From a virus (lineage: Duplodnaviria; Caudoviricetes), in the IMG/VR virus record IMGVR_UViG_3300021400_000128, positions 64,001 to 128,000 of that record: a stretch of 64,000 nucleotides of DNA. One strand, written 5' to 3'. The position numbers were made by a program, and so were the translations under genes. Shown here in pieces: positions 31,052 through 40,653 of this stretch. The notes under the pieces are model-generated. The model did no database searches. It was not told where the DNA came from and saw only the letters and a list, made by a program, of their open reading frames with translations. The first letter of the stretch is position 1. Each line of letters begins with the position of its first letter.

Positions 31052-31948
31052 TTAAATTTTACTCCAATCAATTTCAGGGCGTTCAATAGTTTTTGCATCT
31101 TGTCCAACTATAGTAAACACGACTTGTGGAGTTCCATATCTACCACCAGTTCTGTTGATCGCAATCGGTTTCAGTTTATAACCTCTCTGTAAGATGATTT
31201 CAAATTCAGTTCCATAATCAGATTGTTTTGAAACACCATCCCATCCTAAACCGCTTCCCATCCCATGAATACTAAAAGGTTCTGCGTAAATACCTTTTGA
31301 TCCTTTCGGTACAAAAATCTTCATTTCCACGCCACTAAATCCACTTTCAGAAGTCGCACCTGTTGACATAAAGTTATTAACATCTATGATTTTACCTTGA
31401 TCGATGGCTTCCTGAACACCATCCAACATTGCTGGTATAGGCTGAGCAAGCATTAAACCAAACATTCTGTTCATATGTCGTGTTGATACTCCGCGCCGCA
31501 CCCAGATATCTTCTGGAATCTCGGTTTTATCCAAAGCAGCTGTCAGCTGATTCACACGTTCCATTGTTCCATCGTAAAGGTATTCTGTAGGATCCAGTCT
31601 TCCACCTAATAATTTATTCATTGAATCATAAGCACCACCGGTAAATTCATAAGCAGCATCTCTTTCATCATCTGTAAAGCTATTCCATGCTTTACCGGAG
31701 CTTTCCCGGAATTTATCATCAACTTCTTGTTTGTCTTTAGTCCATATCGCATTATCTAATCGTTTTTGATCGTATGATTCACGGTATGGGCTTTGATTTT
31801 CTGAATTCTGCTGTCTTCTTTTTTCTCGTTCCGCTTCTTTTGCTGCTTGTCTCTTGCGTTCAAGATCATCAATTTCAGTCTGCGGAGCTCCATTCAGCCT
31901 TGCATTGGCTATTTTCTTTGCTAATCGATAACTTGCTGATCCACCCAT
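31052..31948 (-). CDS. MGG-leader protein with VIP2/C3-like ADP-ribosyltransferase domain
   Basis: Y..MN..L, VRRG, FMST and E.EIIL.RG motifs. Confidence 0.85.
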   Translation of the reverse strand: MGGSASYRLAKKIANARLNGAPQTEIDDLERKRQAAKEAEREKRRQQNSENQSPYRESYDQKRLDNAIWTKDKQEVDDKFRESSGKAWNSFTDDERDAAYEFTGGAYDSMNKLLGGRLDPTEYLYDGTMERVNQLTAALDKTEIPEDIWVRRGVSTRHMNRMFGLMLAQPIPAMLDGVQEAIDQGKIIDVNNFMSTGATSESGFSGVEMKIFVPKGSKGIYAEPFSIHGMGSGLGWDGVSKQSDYGTEFEIILQRGYKLKPIAINRTGGRYGTPQVVFTIVGQDAKTIERPEIDWSKI

Positions 31949-31994
31949 AGAAAAGACACCTCCTAATCAAGATGCCCTTTCTTAGAGCGCACAT
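31949..31994 (-). promoter_or_regulatory. CTAAGAA-box leader element 10 (SD-sequestering type)
   Basis: CTCTAAGAAAGGGCATCT pairs with AGGTGTCTTTTCT-ATG, covering part of SD GGAGGT. Confidence 0.8.
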
Positions 31995-32033
31995 CTTTTT
32001 ATTTGTTTACTATTATTTTAACTCCGTACAATT

Positions 32034-32468
32034 TTATTTAGTTGTTTTTTTATATCCGGGCCATTCAGGAAGGTTTCCTAATTTCCTAATAAATCGTTCA
32101 GTTTTTTCATTCTGAACTTTTAGATTATTTTCAATATCTTCATATTCTTTTTCATTGTAGCTAATACCATTATCACGAAGCAATTGAACAAATTCATTTA
32201 CAGTCATGTTGTTTTCCTCTCGAACAGCTTTAATCTGTTCACCTGTCAGTAATCCGTGAAACAAGCGATTAGCAACAGTATATTTTCTATCTAAATCGCT
32301 ACTGTCCACATTATATCCGTCACCACATTCAGGACATTTCCAATAAATAACGGTTCCTGTTATAACATCGTTACCGATATAACCTTCTTGAATTTCAGAA
32401 ACAAGTGTATGCATTGTGTATTCTTGACAATCTGAACAAAACATTTTTTTCTGTTCACCAATATTCAT
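32034..32468 (-). CDS. MqsA-like antitoxin (zinc ribbon + HTH)
   Basis: CSDC...CPEC, then LLTGEQIKAVRE..MT..EF and YE.....QN. Confidence 0.65.
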   Translation of the reverse strand: MNIGEQKKMFCSDCQEYTMHTLVSEIQEGYIGNDVITGTVIYWKCPECGDGYNVDSSDLDRKYTVANRLFHGLLTGEQIKAVREENNMTVNEFVQLLRDNGISYNEKEYEDIENNLKVQNEKTERFIRKLGNLPEWPGYKKTTK

Positions 32469-32472
32469 CGTC

Positions 32473-33231
32473 TTATCCTCTCTGTTCATCTGTAGCACTG
32501 TTTCTCATCGGTGCTGTCCTGTGGAGACCGACTAAAACAGCATATGGCTTTCCATCGTTACTATGAAAAGGGTGCACTTTCACATAAGTCCTGATACTTT
32601 CACCGCTGTTATTTGTAACGAACGTCTCAAACTCCCATAAATAATCATTTTCTGGTATTCCATCTATTATAGGTGTCTGTCTTGCATCTAACACTCTCCT
32701 TAAATTTTCTGGAGTGAGTTGTGGCATTACCTGTTCTAATATTGCTTTATAATCTGGCATATCATTGTATTGTAAATAATTACGATTTTTTACTTTACCA
32801 TCAAAAAACAAGAATCCACCCTTTTCTGTTTCTATGTCTCCTGTAATTAGTCTGTTAACCGCATTGGTTTCAGGTGAGCCATTTCTATCTTCTGGAGACA
32901 CTTTATCGTCATCATTTAAATTATCAATTGCTAACATTCTTTGTAAGAATCCGACGACTTCCCTTCCGGTCTGTGGCAATGGAGTCATCGCTGCCCTGCC
33001 TGTAGCCGTCGGATTCTCGAATTTGTCTAATACACGGTTTTCCAGTGTCCGTAATATGTTTGTTCGCTGTTCTGCTATCGGCTCTGCCATATTTGCAAGA
33101 GCCATATGATCTTCAATCGTTATATTGATATTATGAAAGCGATGATTGACAGGCTTCCCGTCTTTTCTGAAATAAATTCCGTTTCTTCTGTAATATCGTA
33201 CCGCACCTGAATTGTCTCTGCCACCGCCCAT
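32473..33231 (-). CDS. MGG-leader protein, C-terminal possible MqsR/RelE-fold RNase
   Basis: MGGGRDNSG leader; LWEF...TYVKV...LVGLH ending; followed by an MqsA-like gene. Confidence 0.55.
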   Translation of the reverse strand: MGGGRDNSGAVRYYRRNGIYFRKDGKPVNHRFHNINITIEDHMALANMAEPIAEQRTNILRTLENRVLDKFENPTATGRAAMTPLPQTGREVVGFLQRMLAIDNLNDDDKVSPEDRNGSPETNAVNRLITGDIETEKGGFLFFDGKVKNRNYLQYNDMPDYKAILEQVMPQLTPENLRRVLDARQTPIIDGIPENDYLWEFETFVTNNSGESIRTYVKVHPFHSNDGKPYAVLVGLHRTAPMRNSATDEQRG

Positions 33232-33298
33232 AGGGATGCCCTCCTTTTTCGATTAGGACACCCCTTCTTAGGGCGCATGTCACTCGATTTAATTATAC
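33232..33298 (-). promoter_or_regulatory. CTAAGAA-box leader element 11 (SD-sequestering type)
   Basis: TATAAT..GCCCTAAGAAGGGGTGTCCT pairs with AGGGCATCCCT-ATG. Confidence 0.8.
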
Positions 33299-33301
33299 AA
33301 C

Positions 33302-34593
33302 TTGACACTCCCCATGCCTAAAGGCAGGGGATTCTTGCTTCACCCACCACAGCATGATTTTCATCACGTCTTACACGATGTCCACAAGCGTTGATTCCCG
33401 TGTGTCCCACGGTATTTTCTTTTAAAATTTCCAATCCTTTATTCAGAATGTTGATCGCTGCATTAGCATCACGATTATGATGAGTTCCACATTTTGGACA
33501 GTCCCATTCTCGGATCGATAAATCCTTTACTTCAGGATTTTTATATCCGCATTGGTTACATGTCTGACTGCTTTCATAGAAGCGTGGTATTTTAACTAAT
33601 ATTCCTTTCCTGTCACTCATCTTGTATTGCAGCATTCTGAAAAATTCACTCCAACTTACATCTGCGATTGATCGTGCTAATTTATGATTTTTCATCATTC
33701 CTTTGATGTTCAGATCTTCAACACATACAACTTGATTCTCGTTTGCAAGTGTTGTTGTCACTTTATGAAGGAAATCTGTTCTGATATTAGTCACTTTTTC
33801 GTAAGCAATCGCAACTTTTATTCTCTGCTTTTCTCTGTTGTTGCTCCCCTTTACTTTTTTTGACATTCTTCTTTGTGTTCTTGCAAGTTTTTTTGCGTAT
33901 TTTTTATATGTTTTCGGATTCGGGATACTATTTTCATTACTGTCAACAAGAAAATCTTTGATCCCAACATCTATTCCAATAATGCCTCCGTTATTTGTCA
34001 ATTCAGGTTCATCTGTCTCAACACAAAGCGAAACATAATACTTTCCACTCATCGATTTACTTATTGTTGCATTCAGGATTCGTCCATCGAAGTGTTTCAG
34101 TCCTTTATATCTGACATAACCGATTTTAGGTAGCTTGATTGTATTTGCGACAAGCCTAATTCCGTTACTCTGATTTCTTGTTCTGAAAGATTGTTTTCTT
34201 TTCTTTGAATGGAACTTTGGGAATCCGGCATTCCTTTTGAAGAAATTTTGATAAGCCTTATCTAAATCCTTCAAAGTCTCTTGATATGCCATGCTGTCGG
34301 TCAGGTTTAGCCATTCTTGAGTTCCGTCTTTTTTTAGCTCCGTCAACAACCGCATCGTTTCATACATTGACACTGATTTCTTTTCTTCTTTGTATGACTT
34401 AATCCGAAGATCAAGAAAATGATTATATACATAGCGAACATTTCCAAATGTCTGCTCAATTTGGCTCTTTTGTTCTCTCGTTGGATATAATCTCGCCTTG
34501 TATCCTTTGTTCATACAACACTCACTCGAATAATATTAATATTACCGTCTTTCATCCCCATAGCTAAAGCAAGGGGCTTTTCGGCGATTTTTG
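33302..34593 (-). mobile_element. IS605/IS1341-type element (tnpB only)
   Basis: LE AAAG+CCCCTTGCTTTAGCTATGGGG after ATTAC; RE ends in TCAA at 33302. Confidence 0.9.
33318..34514 (-). CDS. tnpB: TnpB RNA-guided endonuclease
   Basis: IGIDVG, VEDL, NRDANAA and zinc finger. Confidence 0.95.
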   Translation of the reverse strand: MNKGYKARLYPTREQKSQIEQTFGNVRYVYNHFLDLRIKSYKEEKKSVSMYETMRLLTELKKDGTQEWLNLTDSMAYQETLKDLDKAYQNFFKRNAGFPKFHSKKRKQSFRTRNQSNGIRLVANTIKLPKIGYVRYKGLKHFDGRILNATISKSMSGKYYVSLCVETDEPELTNNGGIIGIDVGIKDFLVDSNENSIPNPKTYKKYAKKLARTQRRMSKKVKGSNNREKQRIKVAIAYEKVTNIRTDFLHKVTTTLANENQVVCVEDLNIKGMMKNHKLARSIADVSWSEFFRMLQYKMSDRKGILVKIPRFYESSQTCNQCGYKNPEVKDLSIREWDCPKCGTHHNRDANAAINILNKGLEILKENTVGHTGINACGHRVRRDENHAVVGEARIPCL

Positions 34594-34638
34594 GTAATCG
34601 CCCAACTGTCCGCTCAGTTCCATTTGAAAACGTGTCAT

Positions 34639-34731
34639 TGCCAACCTCCGTTCAAAATTCATTCAACTTACATTTATTATTATATTTATTATTATATATT
34701 TGTCAATGCGTTTACTTATTTTTATTACATT
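34639..34731 (-). promoter_or_regulatory. Repeated early promoter module 5
   Basis: TTGACA (34701-06), N16, TATAAT (34679-84); reads through a 15-codon ORF stub into tnpB. Confidence 0.85.
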
Positions 34732-35264
34732 GATTCACAAAAAGAAAACCGGATCAACTCCGGCTTTCGACAATTCAAAAAGTTTTCTTCGTTTATATTA
34801 ATTAGTTTCATAATATTTGCACGCTTTCAGATAATATTTAGAATTATCAGATTCATCATAATGTTTTAATCGTAAACGATCCAATTCTTTTTGTGCTGTT
34901 TCTTTGTTATCATAAATGCCAACAATTTCATAACATAATTCTGTATTCAAAAAAGCCCAGAAAGAATAATACTTATGGACGATCGCATAACATTCTTTAC
35001 TATTCATCATTTCATGTCCCTCTCAAACCAGCAATTATAATAATTTATTACTTTGAATAGATGGGAGTCATTAACCGTTTTTCCGATATTTTCAACATCG
35101 TAATAATGTTTATGATTCATGCAGATTCTATTGACACTGTGAAGATCAACTTTAGTTTTTGAACTTAACTTCACTTCAAAATATAAAGCATCCGCATCAG
35201 AATCATAATAAGAACAATAATATGATACTCTGTCTGCGAATGAGTTAATCACATATCTCATGAT

Positions 35265-36053
35265 TTAACTGCCCTGGTACTTTGTTTCAAATCTCTTCAC
35301 AATATCTAATAGACGACTGTCAAGATATTTCTCGGCAAGTTCTCTTATTTCGTCAGGTACACCGTAATACGCCTCCGCCATGCCACCTGCCATACAGGCA
35401 ATCGTGTCACTGTCTCCGCCGATGGATATTGCTGTCCGGATCGTGTCTTCAAATGAAATGGATTCAAGAAATGCTTCTATTGCCTGAGGTACGCTGTCCA
35501 TACACGTTTCCACATGTTTATACGTCGGACGGATTTCATCACAGGTGAAATTCAGCTTGTAGTATTTCCGGTTCACCATTTCCCGTATATCTGCCAGCGG
35601 AGCTTTTTCTTTTGCCATCATCATGACCTCAGTGACGGCCAACGCACCTTTAATCCCTTCAGGGTGATTGTGCGATACCTCTGTCACTGCTTTAGCTGTC
35701 TCCAGTGCTTCTGTAAGGTCATTACAGGCAAAAGCAACAGGGCTAATCCGCATCCCTGCACCATTACCCAGGCTGTTATAAGGTTCTGTCAGTCCATTCA
35801 TGATCCAGGTATAGAAGAATCTGCCATATCCACAGTTTGGGTAATGTTTCCCGATTTCGTGCATGGTTCGTATCGCTGCCTGCTGCATGGTCTCATTTTC
35901 GCCTTTTGTCAGCAGTGCTTCCGCAATAGCACAAGTCATCACAGTATCATCTGTAAAGGTACATTCCGGAGCAATTAGCATAAATTTCTTTGATTTATGG
36001 TTGTGAAACTCGAATCTGCTCCCGGCAATATCTCCAACAATAGCTCCAATCAT
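35265..36053 (-). CDS. ADP-ribosylglycohydrolase (DraG/ARH family)
   Basis: GAIVGDI.GS, TDDT, S.GNG..MR, H.HPE and GGDSDT motifs. Confidence 0.92.
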   Translation of the reverse strand: MIGAIVGDIAGSRFEFHNHKSKKFMLIAPECTFTDDTVMTCAIAEALLTKGENETMQQAAIRTMHEIGKHYPNCGYGRFFYTWIMNGLTEPYNSLGNGAGMRISPVAFACNDLTEALETAKAVTEVSHNHPEGIKGALAVTEVMMMAKEKAPLADIREMVNRKYYKLNFTCDEIRPTYKHVETCMDSVPQAIEAFLESISFEDTIRTAISIGGDSDTIACMAGGMAEAYYGVPDEIRELAEKYLDSRLLDIVKRFETKYQGS

Positions 36054-36068
36054 TTTTTTATTCCTTGC

Positions 36069-36587
36069 TTAGTTTTTGGTTACACTGTAACTTATGATTT
36101 CATTTAGATATTCATTCTTTGCTTGCCATTCAGCACTGTCTTCATCAAGATCGATCATTTCATTCATCATGGCGATTCCTGCTTCTGTCTCATAGCGGTA
36201 AATGGGTTTTAGCGTATATTCTGCATCGCCATCGAGCATTTTTGTTTTTGTCAGGCATTCCCAGCAATGGCCATAGCTTTCACCATTCCATCCATTTAGA
36301 ACATAATACTTTTTACCGAGCTGAATGATTTCGTGTGCACCGTCATTCATCCAATAGCCCCGGTGATGATACTCAGGAAATTCACATTCACCACGAAGTT
36401 CATAAGCGTTCATTTCATTGTCTGCTAATGGTTCTGCATATTCTATCTCACCCCATGCCCAGAGCTTGCGACCGTCCGCAGTGGAGATCTGCTTTTTTCC
36501 TTCGGGATAATTCTCGATCCTTGTAGGCTTCCCCGGATATGTGCCGATACCAACCGGGCGCATTATTGAATAATATCTGTACGTCAT
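36069..36587 (-). CDS. Protein with polyvalent-protein (DarA_C-like) N-terminal domain
   Basis: YRYYS..RP...GTYP...WG.IEY..PL.....YEL. Confidence 0.5.
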   Translation of the reverse strand: MTYRYYSIMRPVGIGTYPGKPTRIENYPEGKKQISTADGRKLWAWGEIEYAEPLADNEMNAYELRGECEFPEYHHRGYWMNDGAHEIIQLGKKYYVLNGWNGESYGHCWECLTKTKMLDGDAEYTLKPIYRYETEAGIAMMNEMIDLDEDSAEWQAKNEYLNEIISYSVTKN

Positions 36588-37525
36588 TCTGTCTCCTTTA
36601 CTCTTGGATGATTTCACAATCTGTCACCTGTCTCCACCCGAATTTTCCTTTCCGCTTAATTTTGTATTCGTGCATATTATGCCTCCGTGACAGGCTCCCA
36701 TTCGGTTACATCACGCTGCACAATGCGATATTTTTCAGGGTCTTGACCTTTAATACTGTTCTGAGCTTTCTCTAAATGGATATAGTAGCAATAATAAGGG
36801 TCGTCCATCACCCAATATCCATCCTGCTTCCGTTGAACCCTATACTCCTTCATAATCTACTCCTTAGTATTCAAAAATCGGATTGTACAGATCCAGGTCG
36901 ATACCTTTTTCTTCTGCCTGTCTGGCGATTTCTGCACTCAGGATTTCCCGTTCCTTATCCTCATCATCTAAAGGTGTTGTTTCTGCATACAGTTCAATAC
37001 CTTTGATGTTAACAAACATATAAGCAACACCGTAATCGCCATAGCGAGACTGTCCGTTTTCATATACCGCTTTTACGTCTTTGTCTTTGTTGCCTTTCCA
37101 GATTTTCATCACGACCTCCTTACATTTCGTTGTACCAAAATTGATTCAGGCAAAAATTTCTCTCAGTATCGATTTCTGCGATCAATCCGTGTCCCTGGTT
37201 CAGAAGCATTTCCTTTGCTGTCTCAAAGTCGTTAGAGCCATAATCCCACGCATCCTCAGATGATTCCTGAACTGCGTACCAAATTCGATTTTCCATTTCA
37301 ACCTCCTTTACGCAATGATCCAAAGAATATCGGTGATAGCACGGGCATAGCCATCTTTCCAGTCCTGGTTATCCGTTTTCGGATATCCGCCGTTACCGTT
37401 TTTCTGCTGATAGCTTTCCAGCCGCTTTGCAAGTTCCTCGATTGTCATGCTGTATTTGGAATTTTCGTTATTCATAAATTAACCTTTCTTACCACAGTTT
37501 TTTTCTGGCGGGAAACCCCGAAGCT

Positions 37526-38782
37526 TTAGCTTCGTGGGAGGAACGCCGAATTTCTTTTTTCAACAATGTAACTATTATTAGGTTGTATCAGTTTTAATTT
37601 CTTGTAACTGACTGAACCATTATTTACCTTTGTTCCGTCCAAAGAACGGATGTCAAAATATCCACTATCTCGACGTCCAAATACAATATATGGCTTATCT
37701 TGATACACAACCATATCGAACAACCGAAATCCCCTTACTTCGTGTGGAGCTTGATTTCTCTTTTTTGCCCCACCTTTCAAAAAATTACATTTGTGTATCT
37801 GCCTGTTGTGACAGCGAACTTTTCTGTAGAAAAAGACTTCACCGTTACTCTTCGCTGTAGGATTCCCGCTGATACACCGTGCATCGATGTAATGATCCTT
37901 TGGTAACCCATTCTCAATACGAGTATGTTTTGTGATATACCCATAAGTAAGATTCACGTTAAGATATGTCTGCTTCAGTTTTCCGTAAAATGCCCATCGC
38001 ATGATTCCCATAAAAGCAGCATCTTTGAAACTCATACCGCGTTTAATTCTTTTCGGGAGATCAACTGTTCCGTTATGATATCCTTTATGACAGGTCTCAC
38101 ACAGCGTAATAAGATTGTTCGGAGCATCTCCACCGGTTTTCCTTGATTCAATATGATGCACATTCAGAATCTTATCTTTTGACTTTCCTTTACAGCATTG
38201 ACACTTATGACCATCCCTGTATAAAACATATTCACGCACATTCCAAAATCCTAACTGTTCACCCTGCTGATACTCTGCACCACTGATTTCAGGATTCTTG
38301 ATTTTCTGAATATCAAATGAAGCAACCTCCACCATTATTTTTGAAACGGGTAGTATATTATGGATTCTCCGAATAAATGAAAGATGCGTGTCAACCTTCT
38401 GCTGTACTGAAGGTGCTAACCAGCCGTCTTTCCGCTTGCGGTTATCAAATCTTGCTTTGCGATAACGTAGTTTACGGTTCCGGCGAGAGCTTCTTTGTTC
38501 TCTCCGGGATGAAAGCAATTTCACGATATCGTTTCTTACTTCAACATTTGCTTCAAATAAGACTTTTTCTTTTGTTGTAGTAGAGATACCAATCACCTTT
38601 GATCCGGCATCGACGCCTAAAGTAACCTCCTGCGTATAATTTGTTGTTTCATACGCTAACTGTATTGTGAACGGACATTTCTTGATTACCTTTGCCTTAT
38701 GCGACTTTAGGAGAATACGCACTTTTGCATGGTTCTCTGTGGGCATTAAGGGCTGTCCGTTTGCGCTTATAACATAAACCAT
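37526..38782 (-). CDS. iscB: IscB RNA-guided endonuclease
   Basis: PLMP, RuvC-I LGVDAG, RRxRR bridge helix, RuvC-II VE...FD, HNH (VHHI..NLITLC..CH) and RuvC-III H..DA. Confidence 0.97.
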   Translation of the reverse strand: MVYVISANGQPLMPTENHAKVRILLKSHKAKVIKKCPFTIQLAYETTNYTQEVTLGVDAGSKVIGISTTTKEKVLFEANVEVRNDIVKLLSSRREQRSSRRNRKLRYRKARFDNRKRKDGWLAPSVQQKVDTHLSFIRRIHNILPVSKIMVEVASFDIQKIKNPEISGAEYQQGEQLGFWNVREYVLYRDGHKCQCCKGKSKDKILNVHHIESRKTGGDAPNNLITLCETCHKGYHNGTVDLPKRIKRGMSFKDAAFMGIMRWAFYGKLKQTYLNVNLTYGYITKHTRIENGLPKDHYIDARCISGNPTAKSNGEVFFYRKVRCHNRQIHKCNFLKGGAKKRNQAPHEVRGFRLFDMVVYQDKPYIVFGRRDSGYFDIRSLDGTKVNNGSVSYKKLKLIQPNNSYIVEKRNSAFLPRS

Positions 38783-38799
38783 ATTATCGTTTTCTCCTT

Positions 38800-39074
38800 T
38801 CCTAACTCTTTTCGAGTTAATAACTCACTCCGAAGAGCGGTAAGCATACCTTCGCCAATGTTATCCCAAGGTTTTGTATGTCTGCATCACTGTTCCTTCC
38901 TCACAGAACTGTTTAAACACAGACCGTAGTGTTCGGAATTAGGTATTACGTCCCGAAGTACCTATATATTCTCAGGTAACGTAGTGCTCATGGCACTTAG
39001 GCTATTCAATGTGAATTGCTTTTCGGTTTTTGCCATCAGCAATCCCCGAAGCTTTAGCTTCGTGGGTCATTGAA
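38800..39074 (-). ncRNA. IscB omegaRNA (HEARO-like) scaffold
   Basis: TCAAT..ATTGA.TAGCCTAAG..CTACGTT..ATAGGTAC..AACATTGGCGAAG hallmark blocks upstream of iscB. Confidence 0.85.
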
Positions 39075-39149
39075 GATCCACTGTTCGTGACCGTTGGCGC
39101 AAGGTTCGCTGTTGATGAATTCGATACCGATTTTTTTGAAGAAGTTCAT

Positions 39150-39251
39150 GAGTTGCCTCCGTTATTCAAATTGTTTGTTTAATCAACTTACATTATTTAT
39201 TATATACGCTTTTATATATTTGTCAATGTATTTAATCATTTTTATTACATT
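39150..39251 (-). promoter_or_regulatory. Repeated early promoter module 6
   Basis: TTGACA (39221-26), N16, TATAAT (39199-204); upstream terminator AACCGG..CCGGTT. Confidence 0.85.
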
Positions 39252-39867
39252 GAATTATAAAGAAAAAACCGGGATATCCGGTTCTTCTTATTTTTTATGG
39301 ACAATTATTTAAATCAAATCTATTCTGTATTACATCACCGCTGTAAAATCAGCGATCCGCTTTCCTTCTGGTGAAAACAAAGCTCCTTTCGTCTCATCCA
39401 GGAAGTAACCTTGCCGTGTCAGTTTTTCTACTGCGTTTCCCTGAAAGTTTTTCGGCAGCAGCGCATCGATCCTTTTTTCATCACCGCTGCAGCTTGCCAT
39501 CATGCCATTCATAACGTAATATCGACCTCTCATTTTACACTCCTCTCGTTAGCCTTCATCTTCCGGCGGTTCCGGCACTTCGATCTTCATCCAATGCGTT
39601 ATCTGTCCAGGCATCCCGTTATAGTACCAACCTGTAGACTTATATTCAACTTTGTCCCGATGAACTCTCGTACCATTATCATCAGTAAAATTGATTTCAG
39701 GTTCGATCATGACTTTCCCTATGTCATCTTTATTGTAAGAATCGACATCCACCTTTGTTGGATTATCAACAAGTATCACCCATACATCTTCACTTGTTTC
39801 CGGCAAATCAGCCGGATTTTTCCGTAAATCATGCCATTTCTCTGTTATCATTTTTTACTCCTTTTAA

Positions 39868-40653
39868 TTATGCGACTTTATTGTCAAGACGGTATTCTTC
39901 ATAAAAATACAGCCTTGTTTCCCGACGACGTTTGTTATAGTTGTATGCGTTCTGAACAGATTCCAGTAAGCGATCAAAGCTTTGTGAATAGACAGTGTGC
40001 GGATCTGTGTTTTCCAGTGCTTCAATGATTTTGTCATGGTCGATTCCGTCATGTGTTTCACCGTATCGAATCAGATAGAAGATGACCTTGTTCTGAACAC
40101 GAGCATGACCGCCGAACTTTTTGAACACATTAATATATTTCTTGTGAATATTTAAACGAGCACAAACACGGATATAGTCTGCTTCCGTAAACTCCAGTTC
40201 ACCATCACGGATTTTTTCGTATCCATCACCGGATGCCCCTTTTCCTTTGGCTGCCATGACAGTATCAAAGGTTACACCGAAATGTTTAATGATTTCCTGA
40301 ACTCGCTGATAATCTTTTACTTTGGATTCTGCGTAGGATTTTACATAATCCATCGTGCTCCATCCCTTCAGGTTGCTGTTCATGGTTCGGCAGTCATTTA
40401 ACCCTGCTGTATCAACAATATGATATTCAACAGGTAGCCCGAGCCGTTTCAGTGCCTCCAAGCGTCCCTGACCGTCGATGACCTCAAATTGTTTATTAAC
40501 GATGATAGGATTGGAAATCCATCCGATTTTTTCAATGGATTTAACAATATTCCTTACCCGTCTCTCTTCAACATCACGATTACCACGCATTTTATGAAAT
40601 TTGTTATAGTCGTATGTCTTGAAGATTTGATTATTTTCGACAACTGTATCCAT
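39868..40653 (-). CDS. ParB/Srx-like (DGQ.R) protein
   Basis: T.DY..F....GNR, PIIVN...VIDGQGR; paralogue of 42844-43695. Confidence 0.75.
   Translation of the reverse strand: MDTVVENNQIFKTYDYNKFHKMRGNRDVEERRVRNIVKSIEKIGWISNPIIVNKQFEVIDGQGRLEALKRLGLPVEYHIVDTAGLNDCRTMNSNLKGWSTMDYVKSYAESKVKDYQRVQEIIKHFGVTFDTVMAAKGKGASGDGYEKIRDGELEFTEADYIRVCARLNIHKKYINVFKKFGGHARVQNKVIFYLIRYGETHDGIDHDKIIEALENTDPHTVYSQSFDRLLESVQNAYNYNKRRRETRLYFYEEYRLDNKVA

Larger units (their letters stand above)
37505..39074 (-). mobile_element. IscB (ISC/OMEGA) element
   Basis: Identical hairpins CCCACGAAGCTAAAGCTTCGGGG at about 37516-37538 and 39044-39066 flank the omegaRNA and iscB. Right junction approximate. Confidence 0.9.
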
